A DNA stretch of 64,000 nt from a virus. Shown in pieces: positions 26,110 to 34,886 of the stretch. Position 1 is the stretch's first letter, and the number at the start of each line of letters is the position of its first letter. The notes under the pieces were generated by a model. That model saw only the letters and a program-made list of their open reading frames with translations, made no database searches and was not told where the DNA came from. Location of the stretch: the IMG/VR virus record IMGVR_UViG_3300034102_001514, positions 61,806-125,805 of that record. The stretch is one strand, 5' to 3'. Both the position numbers and the translations under genes were made by a program.

Positions 26110-28029
26110 TTAATATTTAACAATTTTCACAACTTTTTCTCTATCCGCCGCAACTAACTTAACAAAGTATACTCCATTTGGTAGGTCTTTAACATTTATT
26201 CCGTGTAGTTGGAAACCAATGTCCGTAATCTTTGTTTGGTAAACTTGTGATACTTGACCGTTGATGTTGTAAATTACACCAGTAAAGTCAGAATTTCTAT
26301 ACTCGTTAAAGTGTTCAATCACTAACCAACCATCAGTAAGGTCAGTAACGGGATTTGGATACACTTTAAATCCGGTCATCAATTCAGCAAGGTCAGGATT
26401 CATTGAGTTTCTATTCACTACCGAACCATCGTTTGGTGATGGTTTAACTGATAGGTCTTCTGCTTTTTCATTACCAGCAGATTTGTCAAAGATTCTCAAA
26501 GGCGAGGTCTGCCATCCAAGTGGATTAATAACATTAAATACAAATGTGAATTGATTAGTCATTGTTTCAACTAACGATGGGTTCATCTTATCCTCGTGTC
26601 CTGCGAAAAATACTCTACCTTTTTCTACTGAAATTAATGATGTCCATTTTGATACATCATCACCAACTTTGATAGAACTAAATTCAAAGATTGTAGTATC
26701 AAACTCAATACCCATTTGAGCAGCACCAATCTTATTACCAAATGTAAACATAGTCACGGGTACTTCCATCTGGTTGTTTGCAATCACCAATTTAGGAATA
26801 CGGAATTGAACCGTGTCATCTCTATTAACCATATAAACCGCTGGGTCAAGGATGTATTCAGTTCCATTGCCTGGGTTTGCAATTCTTGCCATAATAACAG
26901 CAGGGTTGTTATAACCCGTGGTAGTTGCGTCACCTACTACATAAATGTATGGATTAATTGAGTCAAGTGAGTTTACAATAGTATCAATTTGGTATCTTCT
27001 TGGTGAAGTTGTCCAGTTTGGAGCAGCCGTTGCTGATGTAGCGGTGATATACTCACTTGGCCATAATACTGATACGTTGTTTACGCCTGTAAATAAACCA
27101 TCCCAATCCGTAGATTGAAGAGCCAATCTATTAAACACAGCAAATGCGTCAGAAATCGTTACTGTTTGTGATTGGTTTACATCACCTTCATACCACTCAA
27201 TACCACTCAAAGTATCTTGCATTGAAGTGTGGTTTGCTAATTTGTATGCGTCCGTAATTGAAATAGCACCACCATCGGACATAGTGTCAGTTTGAGCGGT
27301 AATTTTTAAGTTCCAAAATGCGGTATCAAGTGGATGTGTAAATGATACTAAACCCAATGCGTTTGTTGAGTCGGATGTAATTGGCTGCCAAGTTGATTGT
27401 GGAGTTGACTTTAATCTCTTTGATGCTGAGAACCATACTCCTTGTGCTGGAGTTCCATCTGCGTTTTTAACTCTGATTGGGAATGTAATTGGTTGCATTT
27501 GGAATGCTCCACCATAATTGAATAGACCCAAGGTCACATCCGTTCCGTTTCCGGTAGTAGCGAGGTTTGAATACGAGGTAGTTCCCGTAGTAGCCATTGA
27601 GTTTACCACACCTTGGTATGTAGAACCATGTGTTAATCTTACCTTAAACATAGCACCATCAGACCAATCAAAGTTTTGATTGTTTCCGGTGTAAGTTCCG
27701 ATGATATTTACATAATCACCGCTTTTAAAGAACGAACCATACTTGTCTGGTATAGAAAGAGCAGTTGGTCCCCAAAAAACTTGAATATTTGAAAACTTTG
27801 TGTTATCGTAGAACAATCTGAACTGAACGGCTTTTACAGCACTTGCAGTTGGGTTTGCAAAGTGAATATAAATATCCGTGGTTATAGATGTATCCTCAAG
27901 GGTAAACAAAGTATCAACCAAGATATATGGGCTATTTGAGTTTGGAGCCAGTAATATCTCGGTCTTACCATTTTGTGCTACAGCACCAATTGATAAAATT
28001 CCCAATAAAAGGAATAATAATTTTTTCAT
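26110..28029 (-). CDS. secreted cohesin/dockerin scaffold-like protein with T9SS type A C-terminal sorting domain
   Basis: Signal peptide. Cohesin-like VKAVQFRLFYDNTKF and VPVTM...IGAAQMGIEFDTTIFEF. Dockerin-like ISITDAY...GDVNQSQTVTISDA. CTD VYPNP...IYNINGQ...DLPNGVYFVKL...KIVKY. Confidence 0.8.
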   Translation of the reverse strand: MKKLLFLLLGILSIGAVAQNGKTEILLAPNSNSPYILVDTLFTLEDTSITTDIYIHFANPTASAVKAVQFRLFYDNTKFSNIQVFWGPTALSIPDKYGSFFKSGDYVNIIGTYTGNNQNFDWSDGAMFKVRLTHGSTYQGVVNSMATTGTTSYSNLATTGNGTDVTLGLFNYGGAFQMQPITFPIRVKNADGTPAQGVWFSASKRLKSTPQSTWQPITSDSTNALGLVSFTHPLDTAFWNLKITAQTDTMSDGGAISITDAYKLANHTSMQDTLSGIEWYEGDVNQSQTVTISDAFAVFNRLALQSTDWDGLFTGVNNVSVLWPSEYITATSATAAPNWTTSPRRYQIDTIVNSLDSINPYIYVVGDATTTGYNNPAVIMARIANPGNGTEYILDPAVYMVNRDDTVQFRIPKLVIANNQMEVPVTMFTFGNKIGAAQMGIEFDTTIFEFSSIKVGDDVSKWTSLISVEKGRVFFAGHEDKMNPSLVETMTNQFTFVFNVINPLGWQTSPLRIFDKSAGNEKAEDLSVKPSPNDGSVVNRNSMNPDLAELMTGFKVYPNPVTDLTDGWLVIEHFNEYRNSDFTGVIYNINGQVSQVYQTKITDIGFQLHGINVKDLPNGVYFVKLVAADREKVVKIVKY

Positions 28030-28083
28030 AATTTCAAGTCCTATTAGTTGTTGACCCGAAACTTCTTAAAAAAACTCTTTTAA

Positions 28084-28091
28084 ATAACTAT
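28084..28091 (-). promoter_or_regulatory. putative phage late-type promoter motif variant (ATAGTTAT)
   Basis: In the gap upstream of the exported-protein cluster. Confidence 0.35.
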
Positions 28092-28092
28092 C

Positions 28093-28938
28093 TTAAACGA
28101 TATCTTTTGATTCAATTAAAGTATAAGTAAACTTTTTATTTCCAGCAGCTGCTGCTTTTCTTGCAATTGTCATAAATTGTTCAAAGTCAGCCGCTCTTTT
28201 AAATACTTGACATCCTTCAGACCAGTTTTCTACAAATGTAGAATCAGCACCTGCTTTGTGGATGTTAATACCAAATACACCTTCTTGGATTTTGGTTTCA
28301 TCGTAGTTCATATCACGATTTGCATCACGATAAACTTTTACTTTACCAAATTGTTTTAGCGCCTCATACTTACCTTGGTGTAGACCCAAAGCGTGTGAAT
28401 CAGCATACTGACCAGGAACCAATCTTGCAACACCTGCTGCGTTATGGTATTCTTTAACACCTTTAGTACCAGGGTCGGTAGTATTCATCCACTCGTTGTA
28501 AACCCAAACACCATTTTCTTTGTATGATACAGTAATTCTATCATCAAAAGCGTTGGTTACTTTTTTACCCGTATCTGAATTACGAACACCTACGATATTA
28601 AGTTCAAGGTCTTTACTTTCAAACCACTTGTATCCTTTTGCTTTTACTGCTTTTTCAATAGATTCTTTATTGTATTTTGCAGCAGCACTTGGTTTCGCAG
28701 GAGCAGCTGCTGCAGGTTTAGCAGCGGGCTTAGCAGCAGGAGCTGCTGGGGCTTTGAGACCTAATTTAACTAATGTGGATTCACCGACAATACCATCAGC
28801 GGTAAGTCCGTGTTTCTTTTGAAATGCTTTTACAGCATCTTCGGTTTTTGGTCCGAAATTACCAATTGGGTCAACACCCAATACTTTTTGGATTTCTTTG
28901 ATGAATTCGTTATTATCACCTTTTTTGTAAACAGCCAT
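28093..28938 (-). CDS. putative endolysin: peptidoglycan-binding domain + YkuD-like catalytic domain
   Basis: GNFGPKTEDAVKAFQKKHGLTADGIVG (PG_binding_1), an A/P/K linker, and GINIHKAG...WSEGCQV. Confidence 0.75.
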   Translation of the reverse strand: MAVYKKGDNNEFIKEIQKVLGVDPIGNFGPKTEDAVKAFQKKHGLTADGIVGESTLVKLGLKAPAAPAAKPAAKPAAAAPAKPSAAAKYNKESIEKAVKAKGYKWFESKDLELNIVGVRNSDTGKKVTNAFDDRITVSYKENGVWVYNEWMNTTDPGTKGVKEYHNAAGVARLVPGQYADSHALGLHQGKYEALKQFGKVKVYRDANRDMNYDETKIQEGVFGINIHKAGADSTFVENWSEGCQVFKRAADFEQFMTIARKAAAAGNKKFTYTLIESKDIV

Positions 28939-28984
28939 TTTAAACTCCTATTTTAAAAACCAAAAGGATAAATTTATCCCTACC

Positions 28985-29152
28985 TTAATAAGTATGGATA
29001 AATTCAAGAGGAACCACCCATTCTATACCAAATGGGTCTAAAATATTACAATGAGTGTTGGTTGATTTAATAATCGTTATCCGTTCGCCCTCTATCAAGC
29101 TTCCCCGATGATTGGAAAATGTTTTCGCCATCTTGGATTTTATTTTTTCCAT
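28985..29152 (-). CDS. 55-aa hypothetical (SH3-like) protein
   Basis: Manual translation MEKIKSKMAKTFSNHRGSLIEGERITIIKSTNTHCNILDPFGIEWVVPLEFIHTY. Overlaps the 29067-29252 ORF. Confidence 0.5.
   Translation of the reverse strand: MEKIKSKMAKTFSNHRGSLIEGERITIIKSTNTHCNILDPFGIEWVVPLEFIHTY
28988..28995 (-). promoter_or_regulatory. putative phage late-type promoter motif (ATACTTAT)
   Basis: Upstream of the endolysin start at 28938. Confidence 0.45.
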
Positions 29153-29252
29153 TTTTTCTATTAATTTTTTCGTATGATTTATATTCCGTTTCGTAACGGT
29201 CCAATTGTTGAATGTTAATTTTTGCCATTTTACTGAATAATTCGTAAACCAT
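29067..29252 (-). CDS. hypothetical protein
   Basis: Short ORF, likely start MAKINIQ. Overlaps the preceding call. Confidence 0.4.
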   Translation of the reverse strand: MVYELFSKMAKINIQQLDRYETEYKSYEKINRKNGKNKIQDGENIFQSSGKLDRGRTDNDY

Positions 29253-29469
29253 TAAGTTTATCCAAGAATTGTTCTATGGAATAAGATTTATTGTTTTGGT
29301 CTTTGATAACCACTTCATCAAGGTTATCAGGATACTTTTGTATCATTTGTTGAAGGGCTTGGAAACCATCCTCTGCCCAAAAGTTTTTGAACAAAACCTC
29401 ACCCAAAACATTCGGAGAAAAGTTTGGATTTTTAACATCATCATCCTTTAACAATATGTAATACATCAT
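29230..29469 (-). CDS. hypothetical protein
   Basis: Packed ORF containing NVLGE..F..FWAEDG and YSIEQFLD. Confidence 0.7.
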   Translation of the reverse strand: MMYYILLKDDDVKNPNFSPNVLGEVLFKNFWAEDGFQALQQMIQKYPDNLDEVVIKDQNNKSYSIEQFLDKLNGLRIIQ

Positions 29470-30635
29470 AAATTTATAAGATTCATTTCATAGTGCTTTA
29501 CTTGGCTGACCTTTACTTTAAATATGTCGAATTCATACTCACCACTATCAAAGTTGTTAAAATCAAAAATTTGAGATAGATTTTGGATAAATTGAAATGA
29601 ATTATTATTCAGCCGTAATGCGTCAAATTCCACAATAATGTCTGATTTCTCATTCATATTGAACTTTTTACTTAAATCAAATTTGGTATTAGGTTGTTCT
29701 GATTCAATGTATTGATTGATTAAATCTTGGGAACAATCAACGCTCATTCTATCACACCAAGGTTCTAATAATTCAAGGTGTTGAGCTTGACAATTTGTGA
29801 CTACAAATTCCACATTGTATTTGTGTGGAACTATCGGCTTCATTAAAGGGTCGTGTTTAACAAAGTGACCCCACTTACGAATAAAATTTCTACCATTTTT
29901 AGTTGTAGTGTGAATCCATTCTTGTGAATTTACACCAGCAGCTCCGCCTGAATGTTTATTAAATCTACTACCGCGAGATGTAAAGTGATAAACCAAAGCA
30001 TCCCAACTTTGAATAATTTTATATCCGTTCAAAACAAATCTATTGAACAAATCGGAGTCTTCTTTTGATTGCGGAGCAAACAACTCATCGTGACCACCAA
30101 TTGATAGAAAATCTTCACGATACATACACCAAGGAGCAAATATACCTTCGGTAGTTTTATTTGTATATTCAACTTCCAATTGAGATAGTTTTACGCGATT
30201 TAAATCATAATCATACTCATCAACTTCATTACCCCAATCCATAGTTAGTTTTTCAGGACCAGATGGGTGTAGTGGTGGTTCTACTCGTGTAGCACACACA
30301 ACCGAAAGAGGTGTCAGATGTTTAAGAATGTTTTTATCCATATTTGGAGAAGCAACCATATCAGCGTGAAACGCCATAATGATTGGAGTCCTTGCCATTT
30401 GGATACCTTTATCAAACATACCCACTATACCAATACGCTCAGGTCCTTCATTTCTATATGTGATTAGTTTTTTATCATTTAGTGATTTAATCCATTCGGA
30501 TGTACCATCGGTTGAAGCATCATCTAAAACTAATATCTCATGCTCACCATTTAAATCCTTAATGGATTTATATGCAAGTTGTAAAAACTCAAGGTTGTTT
30601 CTTGATGGTATTACAAATGTTATTCTTTGGTCCAT
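29466..30635 (-). CDS. glycosyltransferase family 2
   Basis: FVIPSRNN, LDDASTDGT, HADM, GGHDELF...EDSD and VYHFTSRG. Confidence 0.9.
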   Translation of the reverse strand: MDQRITFVIPSRNNLEFLQLAYKSIKDLNGEHEILVLDDASTDGTSEWIKSLNDKKLITYRNEGPERIGIVGMFDKGIQMARTPIIMAFHADMVASPNMDKNILKHLTPLSVVCATRVEPPLHPSGPEKLTMDWGNEVDEYDYDLNRVKLSQLEVEYTNKTTEGIFAPWCMYREDFLSIGGHDELFAPQSKEDSDLFNRFVLNGYKIIQSWDALVYHFTSRGSRFNKHSGGAAGVNSQEWIHTTTKNGRNFIRKWGHFVKHDPLMKPIVPHKYNVEFVVTNCQAQHLELLEPWCDRMSVDCSQDLINQYIESEQPNTKFDLSKKFNMNEKSDIIVEFDALRLNNNSFQFIQNLSQIFDFNNFDSGEYEFDIFKVKVSQVKHYEMNLINL

Positions 30636-31462
30636 AGTTCCTTAATATAATTTTTTAATTCACGAGTTGGATACCAATCCAAAACTTTGTTAGCTGTAGA
30701 ATCGGTATTCAATGTATCTCTTGCTTCACCCAATTTACCATCTTTGTAGATTGGTTCCACTCCAAACATTTTTGCAACTTCGTTTACTGAATGGTTTTTA
30801 CCCCTACCCAATTCAAACTCATAACCATATGCTTGTTTTTCCATGATAAGAATTAAAGCATCTACAATGTCATCAATATGCGTAAAATCTCTACGTTGTT
30901 CACCATCACCATAGATTTCACATTGAATCCCATTTTGGATATTGTTAATCCACCTTCCAATCAAAGTGGTGTATCCACCCTCAAGGAGTTGGTGTGGTCC
31001 ATAAACATTGTAGAACCTTGCTATGGATGATAATAATCCAAAATGAGTTTGGTATAGGGTAATAATATCTTCACCCAAATCCTTTGAAAATGTGTAAGGG
31101 TTTTTAAACCTACCACTATGTTTAGATGAAGAACCGGCGTAGATTAGGGGTATATTATACCTAATACAAAATTTAACCATTTCATATGTTCCATTGAAGT
31201 TTGTATCAATATACTCTTCAGGTCGTTCAAATGATGGTCCAATTCTTGCAATAGCAGCCAAGTGAAATATAATATTAAAATCTTTATCCATTGTGGATAT
31301 ATTTTGAATATCACCGGCCCAATAACGACAACCATCTACTTCATTGGATTTTAAACCAGTTGAGTAATTGTCCAATGATTGGACTTCGTGTCCTTCTTTT
31401 AATAATCGTTTGATGAGGTTTGTTCCCACAAAACCAGCACCACCCGTAACTAATATTTTCAT
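30620..31462 (-). CDS. NAD-dependent epimerase/dehydratase
   Basis: VTGGAGFVG, HLAA, YTFSK (YxxxK), RFYNVYGP and GDGEQRRDF. Confidence 0.93.
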   Translation of the reverse strand: MKILVTGGAGFVGTNLIKRLLKEGHEVQSLDNYSTGLKSNEVDGCRYWAGDIQNISTMDKDFNIIFHLAAIARIGPSFERPEEYIDTNFNGTYEMVKFCIRYNIPLIYAGSSSKHSGRFKNPYTFSKDLGEDIITLYQTHFGLLSSIARFYNVYGPHQLLEGGYTTLIGRWINNIQNGIQCEIYGDGEQRRDFTHIDDIVDALILIMEKQAYGYEFELGRGKNHSVNEVAKMFGVEPIYKDGKLGEARDTLNTDSTANKVLDWYPTRELKNYIKELWTKE

Positions 31463-32391
31463 AATATAGATTTTATCTTTTCTATAAATACCGATTCCAA
31501 ATACAATTCGTTGTATAGTTGCTTTGTGGATTCGCTACACTCTTTGTAAAAATCCGTATCAGATTTTAATTTGTTTGCTAATTCTTTTGCTGTGACTATA
31601 TCACCACGTTCTACACTTAAATTTGGGTGTAGATGTTTTTGCGTATTTACATCATTGTATCCAATACAAGGAATACCCAAATAAGAACAATTTAAAGGGA
31701 ATTGGCCGGCTGACGCAGGATAGCATTGTACCGCATATTTATATTTTGATAATTCAAACATAAAATCAGACCATACCATCCACGGTAAATACTCAACTCC
31801 GTTTTGTTCCTCACCATTTTTAAACTTACCAGTTTTATAACCAACCATTGGCAAGTCAAACTCACAAGCTATGGACCAAGCATCAAAACCACGATATGCA
31901 CTTGTCCAATTTCCAGCAACAAATACTTTTTCTTCTTTTGTTTTAGATTGGGTTATTCCGTTATCAATCATTAAAGTTGGTAAAACAAATGCGGGTTTAT
32001 TCGTTACTCCTCCAAAAAAAGGAACATCAATATCGTTATGACACAAAACACCATCGCTATGTATTAGTTGCTTATAAAACCAAGCCATAGATATAAATGG
32101 TTCGTCTTGCCAATCCCATTGAATACTTTCTTGCATCACATAAACTTTTTTACATAGAGACTTTATGTTTTGAATTAAATCAACTTGATTTACAGCAAGA
32201 TATTCTCTATTTTTTTCTTTGGGAATAATCACAATTCCAACATCAAAGTTCTCATTTGGAAATGACTCTGAAAATATTGGAATGTGAACTGCATCTAAAG
32301 CACATATCCAAGCTTGGTCAGTTCTCATATTTGGGTTGTTTCTTGGAACTTTTCCAAAATAACCACCTTCAGTAAAAAATGCTATTTTCAT
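31459..32391 (-). CDS. glycosyltransferase-like protein (GT-B)
   Basis: MKIAFFTE start and AGQFPLNCSYLGIPCIG. Within the glycan cluster. Confidence 0.65.
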   Translation of the reverse strand: MKIAFFTEGGYFGKVPRNNPNMRTDQAWICALDAVHIPIFSESFPNENFDVGIVIIPKEKNREYLAVNQVDLIQNIKSLCKKVYVMQESIQWDWQDEPFISMAWFYKQLIHSDGVLCHNDIDVPFFGGVTNKPAFVLPTLMIDNGITQSKTKEEKVFVAGNWTSAYRGFDAWSIACEFDLPMVGYKTGKFKNGEEQNGVEYLPWMVWSDFMFELSKYKYAVQCYPASAGQFPLNCSYLGIPCIGYNDVNTQKHLHPNLSVERGDIVTAKELANKLKSDTDFYKECSESTKQLYNELYLESVFIEKIKSIL

Positions 32392-32957
32392 ATGTTTTGT
32401 AATGCTGTATAATAGTTGGTAACATTTGGGTGAAAGTAGCTAACTTTACAATCAAAAACCGACTCATCAAGATAAGCTCTACCTCCACCACCACTTATGT
32501 ATTCAGTTGCATTGAAATGTTTACATATATCTGCAAGTCGCTGGGAACTTAATGATACGATTCCTAACTCGGATGACCTAACCATTGGCGTTGTTATACC
32601 CAATTTGGTTCTACAATATTCAATACTAGCAATGTTAATATCTACAAGATAGTTTGATAAATATATTTCAGAAAAATCTACACCAAAATTAGTTTGTAAT
32701 TTATTTAAAATTACGCGTTTCCATTTTGCATTTTTACTAACTATAATATCTTTAATCAACTTTAAGTTTGCGTGTTGTTCCAACTCCACACTAAACCATT
32801 CATCTACTCCATTTTTATTTTGGAATTTGTTTCGGTTCTGAAAGTTGTTTTTTGTATATTGAACATCATCTAAAATTACAAATAGGTCAGCCGCTTCCAT
32901 TTTTTGAAAGAATCCCATGTAAGGGAAATGCTCGGGTTGGTGTATTGTTATTTTCAT
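32388..32957 (-). CDS. wbqC: WbqC-family protein
   Basis: IHQPEHFPYMGFFQK, DDVQY..NNFQNRN and YISGGGGRAYL. Confidence 0.88.
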   Translation of the reverse strand: MKITIHQPEHFPYMGFFQKMEAADLFVILDDVQYTKNNFQNRNKFQNKNGVDEWFSVELEQHANLKLIKDIIVSKNAKWKRVILNKLQTNFGVDFSEIYLSNYLVDINIASIEYCRTKLGITTPMVRSSELGIVSLSSQRLADICKHFNATEYISGGGGRAYLDESVFDCKVSYFHPNVTNYYTALQNI

Positions 32958-33547
32958 CGAAATAATACCATTAAAAAATCAAATTTTGATTTGTGTATTA
33001 AGGTTACGTTTTCCGTTACTGATAATGCAATCTCTAATGTAGATGCTGGTGAGAAATACTCAATGTTAGTGCTTCTTATAGAAGCCCATGTACTTGGAAA
33101 ATTTACCAAAACAACATTAGAACAATCATACATACATTGTAGGTATTGTTTTAATTTAGTTGGATGGTCAGCCGGCCCTCCTTGATTTCCAGCAACTCCG
33201 GATGAAATTGCTAAATCATACTTTTTGTTAATTTTTGATTCTAAAATATCTAATACCTCAAACGAATGTTCTTTGTAATTTTCAGATGCAATTTTAACAA
33301 ACTCATCATTTATATCAATACCATGATATGACTTACAAGTATAACCAAAATCAAAGAAAGACCCCCAACCACACCCAAATTCAATAACGGACTTATCCGA
33401 AAACGGAATAATTGAATTCATAGCATCATATCTAAACTTAGCAGAACTACCATCAGCAGACCCCCATGTCAGAGACCTATAATCTCCAACCCCATATGTT
33501 TTTAAAGACTCAGCGTACCAAGTCATCATTCTTTCACGTTGATTCAT
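32954..33547 (-). CDS. class I SAM-dependent methyltransferase
   Basis: VIEFGCGWG, YHGIDI and YDLAISSG. Likely start MNQRERM. Confidence 0.85.
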   Translation of the reverse strand: MNQRERMMTWYAESLKTYGVGDYRSLTWGSADGSSAKFRYDAMNSIIPFSDKSVIEFGCGWGSFFDFGYTCKSYHGIDINDEFVKIASENYKEHSFEVLDILESKINKKYDLAISSGVAGNQGGPADHPTKLKQYLQCMYDCSNVVLVNFPSTWASIRSTNIEYFSPASTLEIALSVTENVTLIHKSKFDFLMVLFR

Positions 33548-33549
33548 AT

Positions 33550-34236
33550 TTAAACAATTATAGAAACCCAATCTACCTTACCAATATACGAATTAATTTT
33601 ATAACATCCAAGTCCACCAACAATTTTATGTAAGGGAATGTATGGTTCTCGTTTAGAGTGGTCGGTGAAATACATACCACGAAGCCAAGAACTTTCATTG
33701 CCAATCAAATTAACTCCTGCATTTTTAATTTCGGTAGATAGTTCAGTTCGTTTAATAAGATTACTTTGAATTGTAGTTTTTAGTTCATCAAAATTGTATA
33801 GAGGTAATTGCATTATTTTATCTGAAAATACGAACCCACCTCTTTTAAAGTCAATCCATTTAGATTTATTTGTAGATGATATAACAATATCAGCGTATTT
33901 ACCCAATCCAACAAGTCCGTGACATTGACTTAAATCTTCTATGATTTTTAGATTTGTTTTTTCTTTAATTGTTTTTACATCAGCACGAATTCCAAACATA
34001 TGTGGTATAATAATAGTATCATAATCATCTGCTACACGAAATACGTCATCTACATCAATTTGTAAATCTAAACCACAATCTGAAAGATGATACTCACATC
34101 CTACTTCATTTACAGCATTTAAAATATCCAAACAAGTGTAAGATGGAATTATGACTTTTTTAGCACTCAACTCGTGTAATGCTATAATTAGAGCTTCAGT
34201 ACCCGACTTAACTTGGTATGTATATTTTTTATACAT
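33550..34236 (-). CDS. short DegT-family aminotransferase
   Basis: SGTEALIIAL, IIPSYTC, PHMFG, IIEDLSQ and SKWI..KRGG. Confidence 0.8.
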   Translation of the reverse strand: MYKKYTYQVKSGTEALIIALHELSAKKVIIPSYTCLDILNAVNEVGCEYHLSDCGLDLQIDVDDVFRVADDYDTIIIPHMFGIRADVKTIKEKTNLKIIEDLSQCHGLVGLGKYADIVISSTNKSKWIDFKRGGFVFSDKIMQLPLYNFDELKTTIQSNLIKRTELSTEIKNAGVNLIGNESSWLRGMYFTDHSKREPYIPLHKIVGGLGCYKINSYIGKVDWVSIIV

Positions 34237-34886
34237 TAACGAACAATCTTTAACACATTAAATGCTTCTGCATAACTGACTCCAGATTGGCTACCTCTAA
34301 ACTTTGCTAATGTTTCAAGATTTGATATCATATCAAACCCATGAGATTTAAATTTTTCTATTTGACTTTTATGTTTTAAACATCCTTTAAGCTTGTAGTC
34401 AAACGTATTGGTAATATCAACGTAGTAATTAGCAACTGGATATGTTGTAGTGATTCGTGGAAGAGGTACTTGTTCATAACAAAATACATTTTTAACCAAA
34501 CGAGCGGCTGCCATTGTAGCTGAAAGAGTATTAATATGGTCTTGGTGAGTATCACCACCCCAATGAGTGTAAACAATATCTATCTTACGCTCTTTGATAA
34601 TCTTTTCAAGGAATGCTACCGATTCACTATTAAAAGGAACTTTGGTATCTTGAAATGGTCCAAGAATTAATTCTGCTCCAATTATATCGGCTGCTGATTT
34701 TGCTTCAATGATACTTTGAGAACTATCTCGTGTTATTTCTTGTGTATGAGCATCTTTAACATCACTTTGAGTCATCACAACCATAGTTACATTATCACCA
34801 TCGTTGATGTGTTTTTTTAGTGTTCCAAAACACCCAAATTCAATATCATCAGGATGAGCCCCAATAGCTAAAACATTATAAGACAT
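34236..34886 (-). CDS. PIG-L family deacetylase
   Basis: AIGAHPDDIEFG, DTHQDH, HKSQ and YAEAF. Confidence 0.9.
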   Translation of the reverse strand: MSYNVLAIGAHPDDIEFGCFGTLKKHINDGDNVTMVVMTQSDVKDAHTQEITRDSSQSIIEAKSAADIIGAELILGPFQDTKVPFNSESVAFLEKIIKERKIDIVYTHWGGDTHQDHINTLSATMAAARLVKNVFCYEQVPLPRITTTYPVANYYVDITNTFDYKLKGCLKHKSQIEKFKSHGFDMISNLETLAKFRGSQSGVSYAEAFNVLKIVR

